From assembly GCA_023473255.1 (NCBI GenBank), contig JAMCYW010000015.1, positions 932 to 64,931 on the forward strand: a stretch of DNA of 64,000 bases, written 5' to 3'. Below, one piece after another: positions 15,792-25,790 of this stretch. This DNA is from Candidatus Marsarchaeota archaeon. Its GTDB lineage: Archaea; Micrarchaeota; Micrarchaeia; Micrarchaeales; Micrarchaeaceae. Both the position numbers and the translations under genes were made by a program. Position 1 is the first letter of the stretch; every line of letters begins with the position of its first letter. The notes beneath the pieces were generated by a model. The model was not told the DNA's origin and made no database searches. It worked only from the letters and a program-made list of their open reading frames with translations.

Positions 15792-17588
15792 ATGTTTAAT
15801 ATATCAAATATTTTCACCCTGATTTGGGACTACCCAAAAATGGCATGCGCATCGATACATGCGCGCACGAAACAGAATAGCAAAAACAGAGAAAAAAAGC
15901 TGATTTTTGAGTTGGGCAGCTCTAAATATGTGCTTGCCGATGCGATGAGCATAAGGTATCAGTACAACATGCGTTCATTGCAATACGCCCACGAATACAA
16001 ATGGAAAAGGATAACGCATCCCATATCGATATGCCCATCGGACGAACCGAACCCCCATATGGTGATAGTTGGGATGTCAGGCAACGGCAAAAGCACTCTT
16101 ATAAAGTCTATGATTTATGGGATGCACGAAGCAGGCATGCCTGTGTTGGTCTTCGATGCACATAACGAGCACAGCAATATAATAAGTTCGCTTGGCGGCA
16201 GGGCATTCGACGCCTTTTACCACTGGTTCAACATATTTGAACCCAACGGCGACAATCTCGAGGGGCAGATATCAGAATTGACAAACATGTTTGCGCAGGT
16301 TTACCGCTTAGGCATAGTACAGTCGCGGCTGCTTCACAGCTGCATAAGGTATACATACCGCAACAAAGGGATAGATAAGAAAAATTCCAATGGCAATACG
16401 TATCCGGATATGAAAGATTTGCTTCGCGAGATAATGGTATTCATAAATAATTCAAAGATGTCATCTGAGCGGAATGCGTTAAAGCACTTATATTCGAGGC
16501 TGAGGCCGCTGGCTGAGTTTGCATCATCGGGCGAGGGCATAAGCTTCGAAAACATCTTGACAAGCGCAAACTCATTCTCTCTTTCGGGCCTGGCAAGCAG
16601 AGACGCCCAGATCATATATGTAGATGAACTTCTCAAGCGCATATATCGCGCCATGCATAAAAGGGATAAAGAAAACGGCATAGGCTTATACATAATAATA
16701 GATGAAGCGCAGTTTGTCCTGGACGGATATGGAGGTGAATCGTCGTTGATACGCAAGATATTCGAAGAGGGGAGGAAATATGGCATCGGTGTAATAATAG
16801 CAACGCATATGGCAACCAATCTTCCAAAGCAGGTGATAGCTAATGCGGCTACATTCATAACGCTATACTCTAGGGAGCCAACCGAGATAAATTATGTAGC
16901 CAACATACTATCCGGAAGCAGTCCTGAAAAATCCAATGCAATCAAATCGATGATAGGTTCGTTGGGCATAAACGAATTCATATTGGCAAGCAGGGCAATA
17001 AAAGATACATACGTATGCATTGGGAAGCCTGCAAGAGATTTTAGGCCGTCTGAAAAATTTGACAAAGGCGATCAGGTTAGGGCATTAACTGCAAAGGTCA
17101 AAATTCCTGTAAGGCTCACTGACCTGAAAGGATTTTCTCAAGACGGAACTGATGTGCCGAGCATCCTTAAATCCAGTAAAAGCGCCATTGACAGGTATGT
17201 AGTAAACCGCAATGGCATTGATGAGACATGGATTATGGCGCACAACAATTCGATAAGCATCGAGCATCAGGTAAATGTCACAATAATGAAGGAGGAATTC
17301 ATGCGCAAAGGCATAATATCCAGGATAATAAACGACAGCACCGGCCCAGACATAATCATAGATGTAGGGAGCAAAAGGATAGCCGTTGAATATGAAACAG
17401 GCATGAAATCTGCAATGTCGACAAAACGCATGCTTAGCAAAAGGGCATCAGAATACTATATGGTATTGGTATTCGTCAATGATTTGCATGCAGGCAGATA
17501 TTCGGCATATGAAAGCCAACGGGTCAAGATATTTCCGATGAGCAGGTTCAACGAAGCACTGGAAATGGTCTCATGCCAAAATGCCTGA
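15792..17588 (+). CDS. HerA/FtsK-superfamily (DUF87-like) P-loop ATPase with C-terminal nuclease-like domain
   Basis: Walker A MVIVGMSGNGKSTL, Walker B LYIIIDEAQFV. The C-terminal 90 aa has GPDIIIDVGSKRIAVEYETG, resembling a PD-(D/E)xK core with E in place of the usual K. Confidence 0.65.
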   Translation: MFNISNIFTLIWDYPKMACASIHARTKQNSKNREKKLIFELGSSKYVLADAMSIRYQYNMRSLQYAHEYKWKRITHPISICPSDEPNPHMVIVGMSGNGKSTLIKSMIYGMHEAGMPVLVFDAHNEHSNIISSLGGRAFDAFYHWFNIFEPNGDNLEGQISELTNMFAQVYRLGIVQSRLLHSCIRYTYRNKGIDKKNSNGNTYPDMKDLLREIMVFINNSKMSSERNALKHLYSRLRPLAEFASSGEGISFENILTSANSFSLSGLASRDAQIIYVDELLKRIYRAMHKRDKENGIGLYIIIDEAQFVLDGYGGESSLIRKIFEEGRKYGIGVIIATHMATNLPKQVIANAATFITLYSREPTEINYVANILSGSSPEKSNAIKSMIGSLGINEFILASRAIKDTYVCIGKPARDFRPSEKFDKGDQVRALTAKVKIPVRLTDLKGFSQDGTDVPSILKSSKSAIDRYVVNRNGIDETWIMAHNNSISIEHQVNVTIMKEEFMRKGIISRIINDSTGPDIIIDVGSKRIAVEYETGMKSAMSTKRMLSKRASEYYMVLVFVNDLHAGRYSAYESQRVKIFPMSRFNEALEMVSCQNA

Positions 17589-17659
17589 AATACGCGAAGA
17601 TATTTATTATTTCATTATTAATGTGTTTCAAACTAATCGCCTAGCCTTTAGAGGATGTG

Positions 17660-18760
17660 ATGGAAAAAAGAGCCTACCTTTATACTGGGGACGGAATCTT
17701 GTTAGAAGGTAAAGGTTTTGGCAGTTCGAAAATCGCAAGCGGCGAACTCGTATTTTCAACGGCAATGAACGGCTATCCCGAAAGCCTCACTGATCCCTCA
17801 TACTTTGGCCAGATACTCGTCCTTACAAATCCTCTTATTGGCAACTACGGCGTCCCTAATGAAATATCTTCACATGGCATACTGCAGAATTTTGAGTCCG
17901 AAAAGATAATGGTGGCAGGGCTTGTCATAAGCGATCTCAACGACGCGCCAAAATGGAACAAAAGGCTCAGCCTAGATGCATGGTTAAAGGAAAACGGCAT
18001 TCCTGGCATCTACGGCATAGACACAAGAGCGCTCACGCTTTTGATAAGGAACAAGGGAGCAATAAATGGGGGCATACTTCAAAGCAGAAATGCTTCTAAG
18101 CAGAGGTCCGAGGACTACGAGAAAAATAACATTGTAAAGGCAGTCTCTACGGCAAAGCCCATAATCTATAAAAATAAAGCAGGAAACGGCAAGACTGCAG
18201 CAGTAATAGATTTGGGGCTAAAGCACGGGCTTCTTTCAGAGATATTCTCAAAAGGCTACTCGATATGCAGGTTGCCGTACGATTCGAAAGCCGACGAAGT
18301 GCTTTCTTACAAGCCCAGTTGCATAATCTATTCAAACGGACCCGGTAATCCAAATGTCATAACCAAGACCATATCCACTTTTACAGAGCTATCTGAGACC
18401 GGCATACCTATGCTTGGGATATGCCTCGGCCATCAGGTTGCGGTATTGGCAAATGGCGGCTCCATGCAGAAGATGAAGTTTGGCCATAGGGCTATAAATA
18501 AGCCAGTAATAGACCTCGTGTCAAAGAGGGCATACATAACTACGCACAACCACGGATATGCTGCATATCTAAATGAAATTCCAAAAGGCTTCAAGCCATG
18601 GTTCATATCCCCTGATGATGGTGTTCTTGAAGGGATGGTGAGCAACGATGGCAATGTGATGACAGTACAATTTCATCCAGAGGCGAAACCTGGAACGCAT
18701 GACACGTCATTCATATTTGATATTTTCTTCAAGAAGGTGGGCAAGCATGCAAGGCGATAA
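17660..18760 (+). CDS. carA: Carbamoyl-phosphate synthase small (glutaminase) subunit
   Basis: GICLGHQ catalytic Cys motif, HNHGY and FHPE motifs. ATG 17660 preferred (GAGGA 4 nt upstream) over GTG 17657. Confidence 0.9.
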   Translation: MEKRAYLYTGDGILLEGKGFGSSKIASGELVFSTAMNGYPESLTDPSYFGQILVLTNPLIGNYGVPNEISSHGILQNFESEKIMVAGLVISDLNDAPKWNKRLSLDAWLKENGIPGIYGIDTRALTLLIRNKGAINGGILQSRNASKQRSEDYEKNNIVKAVSTAKPIIYKNKAGNGKTAAVIDLGLKHGLLSEIFSKGYSICRLPYDSKADEVLSYKPSCIIYSNGPGNPNVITKTISTFTELSETGIPMLGICLGHQVAVLANGGSMQKMKFGHRAINKPVIDLVSKRAYITTHNHGYAAYLNEIPKGFKPWFISPDDGVLEGMVSNDGNVMTVQFHPEAKPGTHDTSFIFDIFFKKVGKHARR

Positions 18761-21700
18761 GAAACCAAGGAAAGTATTGGTGCTCGGTTCTGGCCCTATA
18801 AAGATAGCCGAAGCTGCAGAATTCGATTACAGTGGGAGCCAGGCACTAAAGGTTCTAAGGGAGGAAGGCATAAAGAGCATTTTGATAAACCCTAACGTAG
18901 CCACGTTCCAGACGAGCTACGCATCTGCCGATAGGATATATCTGCTTCCGGTCAATGCTGAGACTGCAGAAAGGGTCATAGCATCTGAAAAGCCCGATGC
19001 CATACTAATGGGTTTCGGTGGGCAGACCGCACTAAGCTGCGGCATAGAATTATACGAATCTGGGGTGCTTGAAAAGCACGGCGTAAAGGTGCTTGGCACA
19101 CAGGTAAAAGGCATAAAGAGCGCCCTTTCGCGCGAGGAGTTTAGGAGACTTATGATTAAGTCGGAAATACCTGTTCCGCCCAGCGCATCCGCAAAAACCG
19201 AGAAGGAAGCGCTGGATGCTGCAAAGAAGATCGGCTATCCAGTAATGATGCGCGTAAGCTTCAATCTCGGCGGGCGTGGATCTGCAGTTGCCAGGAACCG
19301 CACTGAACTTGAGAAGGAGCTCAAAAGGGCATTTGCCAACAGCGTCATAAACGAAGTGCTGGTGGAAAAATACCTAAGCGGCTGGAAGGAGATCGAATAC
19401 GAGGTCATGAGGGATGCATATGGCAATGCGGCCGTAACTGCGTGCATCGAGAATCTTGACCCTATGGGCGTGCACACCGGCGAATCTGTCGCCATTTCGC
19501 CATCGCAAACACTCGACAACTACGAATTTCAAGCCATGCGGACGATGGCGATAAGGGTTGCCGAGTCAATAGACCTTGTTGGCGAGTGCAATGTCCAGTT
19601 TGCCATAGACAAAAGAAGCTATAAGTTCTATGTCATAGAAACAAACCCAAGGATGTCAAGGTCAAGCGCACTTGCAAGCAAGGCGACCGGGTATCCACTT
19701 GCATACGTAAGCGCAAAGCTTGCGCTGGGTTATGCTCTTTACGAAGTCAAAAATCTCATATCAAAGGCGACAACATCATTCTTTGAGCCTAGCCTGGATT
19801 ACGTAATAGTCAAGATGCCGAGGTGGGACCTGAAGAAATTCGACGGCGTCAGCAATGCCCTGGGCACTGAAATGAAAAGCATAGGCGAAGTAATGGCCAT
19901 AGGTAGAAATTTCACCGAGGCGTTTCAAAAAGCAGTAAGGATGCTGGACATCGATGCATCTGGCATAAGTAACGGGATATACAAAAGCAGAATGCGGCAC
20001 GATGAAATAATAAGCGCGTTAAGTGGGCATAAACCCTACTGGTTCCTTTATGCAATGAAGGCCATAAAAGAAGGCATGAAGACGGAAGAGATTTCCAAGC
20101 ATTCGGGCGTCGATATATTTTACATATCTAAGCTAAAGGAGCTGGTGGAATGCGCAAGTGCGCAAAGCCAGAGGCACAAAAAACTTTCGCCGAGAGAAAA
20201 GCATAACATGAAGCGTCTTGGCTTCACCGACTACGAACTGGGCTGCAACACATCATTCCCGGTAATAAAACAGATAGATACGCTTGCAGGCGAATTTCCA
20301 GCGCGCGCGAACTACCTATATACGACATATGATGGCACGTCAGACGACTTGAAGCCTAAATCAAGCATCCCAAACGGATTGCTTGTTATGGGCGCAGGTG
20401 TATTCCGGATCGGCGTATCCGTCGAATTTGATTGGAGCGCTATGGCCATCGCATCATTCGCGAAGAAATACTTTGACAGGGTGGCAATGATAAACTACAA
20501 TCCTGAAACCGTATCAACAGATTGGGATAATTTCAAAGAATTATATTTTGAAGAATTGAACGAAGAAACAGTATCAAAATTATATAAAATGGGAAAATTT
20601 TCATCAGTTGCTACCTTTGCAGGGGGGCAGATAGGCAACAGCCTGTCAAGGACGCTCGAATCAAAAGGGGTAAAATTGCTGGGTACAAGCGGTGCAAGCG
20701 TTGATATAGCCGAGGACAGGGAAAAATTTTCCATGCTGGCCGAACGCCTTGCTGTCAGGCAGCCGGAATGGATAGCTGCAAAGACAATGCCTGAAATGCG
20801 CAAATTCGCAAACGAAGTTGGCTTTCCTGTCATGGTGCGCCCAAGCTACGTGCTGGGCGGAACATCAATGTTCATAGCTAATGATTGGGATGAACTAAAA
20901 GATTACATAAACGGCGCCGCCTTACTTTCGAAGTCCCATCCTGCAGTCATATCAAAGTTTATAAAGGGGATAGAAGCAGAAATGGACTGCGCCAGCGATG
21001 GCTCCAATGTGATTGGCATAACGATGCAGCACATAGAAGAAACCGGAGTGCACAGCGGTGACGCAACGATACTCACTCCATTCAATGATGCATCTATGCC
21101 TTATGGCACGATGTCAGAATACGCCCTAAGATTTGCAAATGAGCTGTCGATAAAAGGCCCGTTCAATATACAGTTCGCTGTAGCTGATGGCATTCCATAC
21201 ATAATAGAGCTCAACCTCAGGGCGAGCAGATCAATGCCGTTCAGCAGCAAATCAGTAGGCATAAACCTGATAGAGCATGCAGTAGACGGGATATTTTCGA
21301 AATACAAAAAGAGCGGGTTCTTCGAACCAAAGCACGCGTCGTATATGGTAAAAAGCCCACAGTTCGCATGGTCGCAACTCAGGGGGAGCTATCCTGCCCT
21401 AGGCCCAGATATGAGAAGCACTGGCGAAAGCGCTGCATACGGCCACACCTTGGAAGATGCGCTGCTCAAGAGCTGGCTTGGCGTACAGCCCAACCGCGTT
21501 CCCTCTGCAGGCGTCCTGATTTACGGAGAATCCAACACTGATTCGCTTAAGCGTTCAGCACGCCTGCTTGAAAAAATCGGCATAAGCACATATACCATTG
21601 AAACGCATCCAGTTGATGGTGCAACACGGCAGCTTACGCTGTCAGGTGCCATGAATTCAATCAACATGAAAAAAATTAATGCGATATTTACCGATGGGGC

Positions 21701-21872
21701 AATAAAAAGCTCAGACTATAAGCTGAGAAGATATGCGGCAGACATGAACTTGCCTTTGGTGCTAAACGGAAGGCTTGGATTTGCCCTATCAAAGGCATTC
21801 AAAGCAAAGCTTTCATACGGGGAGATGTCAGAATATATATGCAAAGGCGGGAACATTCGCCCCTCAAAATAA
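18747..21872 (+). CDS. carB: Carbamoyl-phosphate synthase large subunit
   Basis: Duplicated ATP-grasp halves (KVLVLGSGPIKIAEAAEFDYSG; second half LVMGAGVFRIGVSVEFDW). Start moved to MQGDKKPRKVLVLG (AAGGTGG upstream); 14-nt overlap with carA. Confidence 0.9.
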   Translation: MQGDKKPRKVLVLGSGPIKIAEAAEFDYSGSQALKVLREEGIKSILINPNVATFQTSYASADRIYLLPVNAETAERVIASEKPDAILMGFGGQTALSCGIELYESGVLEKHGVKVLGTQVKGIKSALSREEFRRLMIKSEIPVPPSASAKTEKEALDAAKKIGYPVMMRVSFNLGGRGSAVARNRTELEKELKRAFANSVINEVLVEKYLSGWKEIEYEVMRDAYGNAAVTACIENLDPMGVHTGESVAISPSQTLDNYEFQAMRTMAIRVAESIDLVGECNVQFAIDKRSYKFYVIETNPRMSRSSALASKATGYPLAYVSAKLALGYALYEVKNLISKATTSFFEPSLDYVIVKMPRWDLKKFDGVSNALGTEMKSIGEVMAIGRNFTEAFQKAVRMLDIDASGISNGIYKSRMRHDEIISALSGHKPYWFLYAMKAIKEGMKTEEISKHSGVDIFYISKLKELVECASAQSQRHKKLSPREKHNMKRLGFTDYELGCNTSFPVIKQIDTLAGEFPARANYLYTTYDGTSDDLKPKSSIPNGLLVMGAGVFRIGVSVEFDWSAMAIASFAKKYFDRVAMINYNPETVSTDWDNFKELYFEELNEETVSKLYKMGKFSSVATFAGGQIGNSLSRTLESKGVKLLGTSGASVDIAEDREKFSMLAERLAVRQPEWIAAKTMPEMRKFANEVGFPVMVRPSYVLGGTSMFIANDWDELKDYINGAALLSKSHPAVISKFIKGIEAEMDCASDGSNVIGITMQHIEETGVHSGDATILTPFNDASMPYGTMSEYALRFANELSIKGPFNIQFAVADGIPYIIELNLRASRSMPFSSKSVGINLIEHAVDGIFSKYKKSGFFEPKHASYMVKSPQFAWSQLRGSYPALGPDMRSTGESAAYGHTLEDALLKSWLGVQPNRVPSAGVLIYGESNTDSLKRSARLLEKIGISTYTIETHPVDGATRQLTLSGAMNSINMKKINAIFTDGAIKSSDYKLRRYAADMNLPLVLNGRLGFALSKAFKAKLSYGEMSEYICKGGNIRPSK

Positions 21873-21902
21873 GCAAAAACTAAAAGTTTATATAATCTAT
21901 TT

Positions 21903-22598
21903 TTGAAATATGGGTGTGATTATTTGTCATTCATAAAGGATTTGAATTACTACAAATCTATACTTTCACCTGGAAAATATTCATCAAAGAACTTTGATGT
22001 CGGCAGTGCGCTATTGCTTTACTACAAACTCAGCATAATACCGATATTGCTCTCATTTTTGGTTGGGTTGCTTGTAGCACACGCCTATCCATCCGCTACG
22101 CACGCGTTTGTACCCCTATTCACCATGTTTTCTATCTTCGCAGGTGCCAGCATAGCGGTCATAGCAAGCACGCTCATAGTGCTGTGGGCAATTGTGCCTA
22201 TCGGAATATTCATAAATGCATTCATATACCATATGTTTGGAAAGTATTTTCTGAAAACCTTCAAATTCAAGTATGGAAAAACATTCGCAGGGGCGACGTT
22301 CGGCATATTCCCACTGCTTTTCTTGTATTGGCTTCTGTTTGTACCCAAGCTTTCAATAGTGGTATTGCCAATAATCGGCGTATGGGAGTTCGTCGTGCTT
22401 GTTATAGCTGTGTCGTCACAGCAGAAGATAAGCAGGCTGCAATCATTCGGCGTGCTTGTTGCATCTGAATTGATAATATTAATGTTCATATTCACCATGT
22501 TTATGATAGGGTTCGCATCGCTGCTCCCTGCTGCATTGAGCAGCACGCATGGCGTAGCATCAGGTGCCACTATTGGTTCAGCAACATCATATCCTTGA
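21903..22598 (+). CDS. Polytopic membrane protein (Yip1-like?)
   Basis: Five or more hydrophobic helices; non-ATG (TTG) start in the ORF track. The antisense ORF 22085..22678 is judged a shadow. Confidence 0.55.
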   Translation: MKYGCDYLSFIKDLNYYKSILSPGKYSSKNFDVGSALLLYYKLSIIPILLSFLVGLLVAHAYPSATHAFVPLFTMFSIFAGASIAVIASTLIVLWAIVPIGIFINAFIYHMFGKYFLKTFKFKYGKTFAGATFGIFPLLFLYWLLFVPKLSIVVLPIIGVWEFVVLVIAVSSQQKISRLQSFGVLVASELIILMFIFTMFMIGFASLLPAALSSTHGVASGATIGSATSYP

Positions 22599-22625
22599 AT
22601 ATGCAATGCATAATGGCGTTTTGAA

Positions 22626-23297
22626 ATGAGAAGTGCAGACGCTGTAACGGTACTACGTACGGCAGCTATAATTATCATAGCCTATCTCGTGCTCCTTAAA
22701 GTAAACGCATTCCTTTTGATATTCCTTTTTGCCGCAGCCATAATATCCGATGCGCTGGACGGATTCTTCGCTGTGCGCGAAGTCAGCAGAGGTAAAGTAG
22801 GCATCATCGAGTATGCAAAGGGCGCACTTGGAAATATAAAAATAAGAGAGCGCATGTCTGAGTATAAGCACAGGGTTTCCAAGCTTGCGCCATCCGGAGC
22901 AAGAATCGATGTTGCAGGCGATAGGGTTACAGAATACGTGATGTGGATTCTCTTCACATTTCTACACATAGTGCCTCTTTTTGTAATCTTCATAATAGTT
23001 ATAAGGCATTCATTTGCCGATGCGCTGCTTGCATCAAAAGGAACTTCGTCAAAAATGAAGTCCAGGTTTGCAAAGGCAATCTATGCATCGAACATCAGCA
23101 GGTTCGGAATAAACACCTTGAAATTCCTGACGTTTTCATATCTGATGCTGATCTACATATATTCATATCCGCTGTGGATAGGGTATGTGCTGATAGCCGC
23201 TCTTGTAATATATATAGTGATTAGGGGCATTGCAGAGGTATATGAAGCCACGTTCTTCAAGGCTGGGAAACCACTGCAAAAAACGAAAACTATTTAA
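22626..23297 (+). CDS. CDP-alcohol phosphatidyltransferase family protein
   Basis: DALDGFFAVR ... GARIDVAGD gives D-G-x2-A-R ... G-x3-D-x3-D, but with 39 residues instead of the usual 8 between the R and the G. Confidence 0.7.
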   Translation: MRSADAVTVLRTAAIIIIAYLVLLKVNAFLLIFLFAAAIISDALDGFFAVREVSRGKVGIIEYAKGALGNIKIRERMSEYKHRVSKLAPSGARIDVAGDRVTEYVMWILFTFLHIVPLFVIFIIVIRHSFADALLASKGTSSKMKSRFAKAIYASNISRFGINTLKFLTFSYLMLIYIYSYPLWIGYVLIAALVIYIVIRGIAEVYEATFFKAGKPLQKTKTI

Positions 23298-23327
23298 ACA
23301 AAAAAAGCTATATCAAAATGTGATAAA

Positions 23328-23663
23328 ATGGCTAATAAACCAACTGCGGCATTTGTGCTGCTTTTGATAGGAGGTATATTCGTACTTCTGGAAGGACTGG
23401 CATTGTCTGTCATAGGTGCTTTGGCAACATTGGTATTTGCATCTGGAATAGGTGCGTTGGCAGGCATTCTAGGCATCATTACTGGAATAGTGATGATCGT
23501 ATCTGCATTAATGATAAACACTACCGACAAGTCAAAGATAAAGACCTGGTCCATCATAGGATTGGTAGTTTCTATCGTTAGCCTTTTGGGCGGCGGGGGA
23601 GTAATCCTGGGATTTCTGCTTGGGCTGATAGGTGCAATACTCGGCTTGACCTATAAAGGTTAA
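23328..23663 (+). CDS. Small membrane protein (3-4 TM, Gly-rich)
   Basis: Hydrophobic 111-aa ORF followed by a long pyrimidine tract. Confidence 0.55.
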   Translation: MANKPTAAFVLLLIGGIFVLLEGLALSVIGALATLVFASGIGALAGILGIITGIVMIVSALMINTTDKSKIKTWSIIGLVVSIVSLLGGGGVILGFLLGLIGAILGLTYKG

Positions 23664-23675
23664 ACCTGTATTGTA

Positions 23676-23718
23676 TTTTCTCCTTTCTTCTCCTTCTTCT
23701 TCTTCTTTTTTTGTTTTT
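23676..23718 (+). terminator. Pyrimidine/T-rich tract after 23328..23663
   Basis: TTTTCTCCTTTCTTCTCCTTCTTCTTCTTCTTTTTTTGTTTTT read directly. Confidence 0.4.
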
Positions 23719-23832
23719 AAATAATACTAGTTTTAACTTATGCATGTGTTAAAAGTGCAAATCCGCGCTAACCGCAATATATAAATATCTCATAGCTCGC
23801 TATAAGTAGAACCCCAGTTCAGATGATTTAAA

Positions 23833-24207
23833 ATGAAAGGATTAGAAGAATTTAATAAGGCTATGGCCACGAAGCCTCTTCTGAGGAAAACAAGCCAGAC
23901 TTGGGAAGAACCAAAATCCCCTACGCTAGATTCGGAAGAAAAGGCATTTACAGCGAATTGCGTAAATGCGCTCAAGAACGATTTTGAGATAAAGCCAAAT
24001 ATGCCAACTCCAGAATGCGATCACGTAAAGGCTGCTCTTTATGCATATTCCGCACTTGATGCATGCTCTCCAAAGCAATTTGACAAGGAATCGCTTTCAG
24101 ATTACGGAAGCTATATGATTTTCAGCGTAAGGGAGAAACGCATGAAAAACAAACAAACACATAATCTTACTGCGGCTTTGCAGGAAGAGGTCTTTGGCGT
24201 ATTCTAA
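23833..24207 (+). CDS. Hypothetical protein (124 aa)
   Basis: ORF-track ORF, ATG start, no recognisable motif. Confidence 0.45.
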   Translation: MKGLEEFNKAMATKPLLRKTSQTWEEPKSPTLDSEEKAFTANCVNALKNDFEIKPNMPTPECDHVKAALYAYSALDACSPKQFDKESLSDYGSYMIFSVREKRMKNKQTHNLTAALQEEVFGVF

Positions 24208-24210
24208 ATT

Positions 24211-24238
24211 AAAAAGAAAAAAAGAAAAGAAGAAGGAA
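24211..24238 (-). terminator. T-rich tract (minus strand) after 24243..25706
   Basis: Plus strand AAAAAGAAAAAAAGAAAAGAAGAAGGAA; on the minus strand this is a T/C-rich run directly after the stop at 24243. Confidence 0.4.
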
Positions 24239-24242
24239 TTAA

Positions 24243-25706
24243 TCAACTTGCGGTTACATTCATGCTCGCATATGCTCCTTCTTCTCCTATTACCCTAACT
24301 GCATAGGTCTGGTTGGCTAACAGTTTTATTAACGGTCCAGTGCCAAGGTTTGCATTTGCATGTGCGTTAGCTAATGCGCCATGTCCAAAAGCCACTGTTC
24401 CGTTGAATATCAAAGTTACACTGCTGCCTGCGCCCAATACATATCCGTTCGGGCCTTCAGCTTCCGCTTGCGTAAACGGCAGCGACAATGTGCCATTGCT
24501 TGTCACTATGAAGTTCAGGGCGTTATGGTAGTCATGCGAAAATCTGTTTGCCTCTCCTATCGCAGCTTCCAAACTCACGTTTGACACGTTTATGTTATGC
24601 ATGTCCTCTATGACTGATGCATTTATTTTGCTCCTGAATTCATTTTCAAGCGCTTTGGCCCTAGGGCTGTTTGCCATCTTTGTCAATACGTTTGCAGCTT
24701 CACTAATATCTGACGAATTAAACGCACTTGCAAAGGAACTTATGGCGCTGATGTTGGCACTTGAATTTAACAAGCCTAGCGCGTCCATATAATCAGATAA
24801 ATTTGCGCTTGTAGAAAGAGACGAGACAATGCCTCCCAATCCCGAAGAGAACCCGCTGCGCTGCTGGTCTGGCAGGTTCAACGAAGCGTTTGTGCTTATT
24901 ATGGAACGCATGTATCCGAACAGCATCACCTGCTTGAGCGTTACTGAAGAATTTGCATTGTTCTTCACTATAACTGCCAAATATGTGTTGTTGCCAGAAG
25001 ACGTGAGCGATGCACCCGTAATTGTTATATTCGGCCTTACCTGTTCAAGTTTTGCTTTTGCAACTGCATTTACGCGTGCTTTGAATCCGATGTGTACGCT
25101 TGTGCCGTTTATTGATCTGTTGCTTATCGTTATTGCTCTTGCTGCCGGAACCATTACGAACAGTGTCTGATTGGCAGCGTATATCTGCAATACTGTGGGC
25201 GACAGGTCAACTAGTGCTCCTCCTGAAGTTCCGTTCAATCCTGATATCTTTATCTGGAGCCTGTTGTTTGGAACGCTCACATTGTAAATAGTGCCGTTGA
25301 TGTCTATCCTTGCGGATGTTATATTGAATCTTACTATGTTAAAAGATTGGTTAACATTTACGTGTGCAACTGCGATGGTCTGCGTGAAATTCGTCAAGTT
25401 CATAAGGTTGACGCTTCCGCTTGCGTTCAGATTAATGAATCCGGTCGAATTGGATTGCCCTGCTTCATGCAATGCCAATCCCGAATACCCTATAATCAGG
25501 GACTGGGTGCCTTCAGGCACATGCGGAGGATCCGTAAGCTGTACCGCCAAAGTGCCAAGCGGCACGTATGAAACGTTAGTTACGGTAGTTGGGGTTGTAG
25601 TCTGTACAGACGGGTGCGTTAGAGATATTGCAACATATATTATTGCAAGCACTACTATTATCCCTATCAAATATGTCCCAGCCTTATTCATTCCATCACT
25701 AAACAT
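24243..25706 (-). CDS. N-terminally anchored extracytoplasmic protein (DUF4382-like N-terminal region), sequon-rich
   Basis: TM helix TYLIGIIVVLAIIYVAI, then LAVQLTDPPHVPEG..., which resembles the DUF4382 start as I remember it. ATG at 25706 preferred over the TTG at 25721. Confidence 0.6.
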   Translation of the reverse strand: MFSDGMNKAGTYLIGIIVVLAIIYVAISLTHPSVQTTTPTTVTNVSYVPLGTLAVQLTDPPHVPEGTQSLIIGYSGLALHEAGQSNSTGFINLNASGSVNLMNLTNFTQTIAVAHVNVNQSFNIVRFNITSARIDINGTIYNVSVPNNRLQIKISGLNGTSGGALVDLSPTVLQIYAANQTLFVMVPAARAITISNRSINGTSVHIGFKARVNAVAKAKLEQVRPNITITGASLTSSGNNTYLAVIVKNNANSSVTLKQVMLFGYMRSIISTNASLNLPDQQRSGFSSGLGGIVSSLSTSANLSDYMDALGLLNSSANISAISSFASAFNSSDISEAANVLTKMANSPRAKALENEFRSKINASVIEDMHNINVSNVSLEAAIGEANRFSHDYHNALNFIVTSNGTLSLPFTQAEAEGPNGYVLGAGSSVTLIFNGTVAFGHGALANAHANANLGTGPLIKLLANQTYAVRVIGEEGAYASMNVTAS

Positions 25707-25790
25707 ATAAATCGATGGCAAACAATAAAAGCCTTATCCTGCGTGGAAAACGATTTAAAGGTTACTTTGGAATTATTATCGGGGGTGCAG

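Noticed and set aside
18699-18746. ORF-track N-terminal extension of carB (MTRHSYLIFSSRRWAS)
   Set aside because: The conserved CarB N-terminus begins at MQGDKKPRKVLVLGSG, which has a good AAGGTGG upstream. The extension lies inside carA.
22085-22678. 197-aa minus-strand ORF antisense to the membrane-protein gene 21903..22598
   Set aside because: The plus-strand product is a coherent polytopic membrane protein. The minus-strand translation is low-complexity and overlaps two plus-strand genes. Treated as a shadow ORF. The same reasoning applies to 41216..41797, 44239..44835, 16334..16858, 52172..52579, 55408..55878, 59347..59751 and other long antisense ORFs in the track.
23676-24238. Pyrimidine tract (23676..23718) and purine tract (24211..24238) as an inverted-repeat pair flanking gene 23833..24207, suggesting a mobile cassette
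   Set aside because: Each tract is explained more simply as the oligo-T terminator of the adjacent outward gene: 23328..23663 on the plus strand and 24243..25706 on the minus strand. The two tracts are only compositionally complementary, not exactly so.
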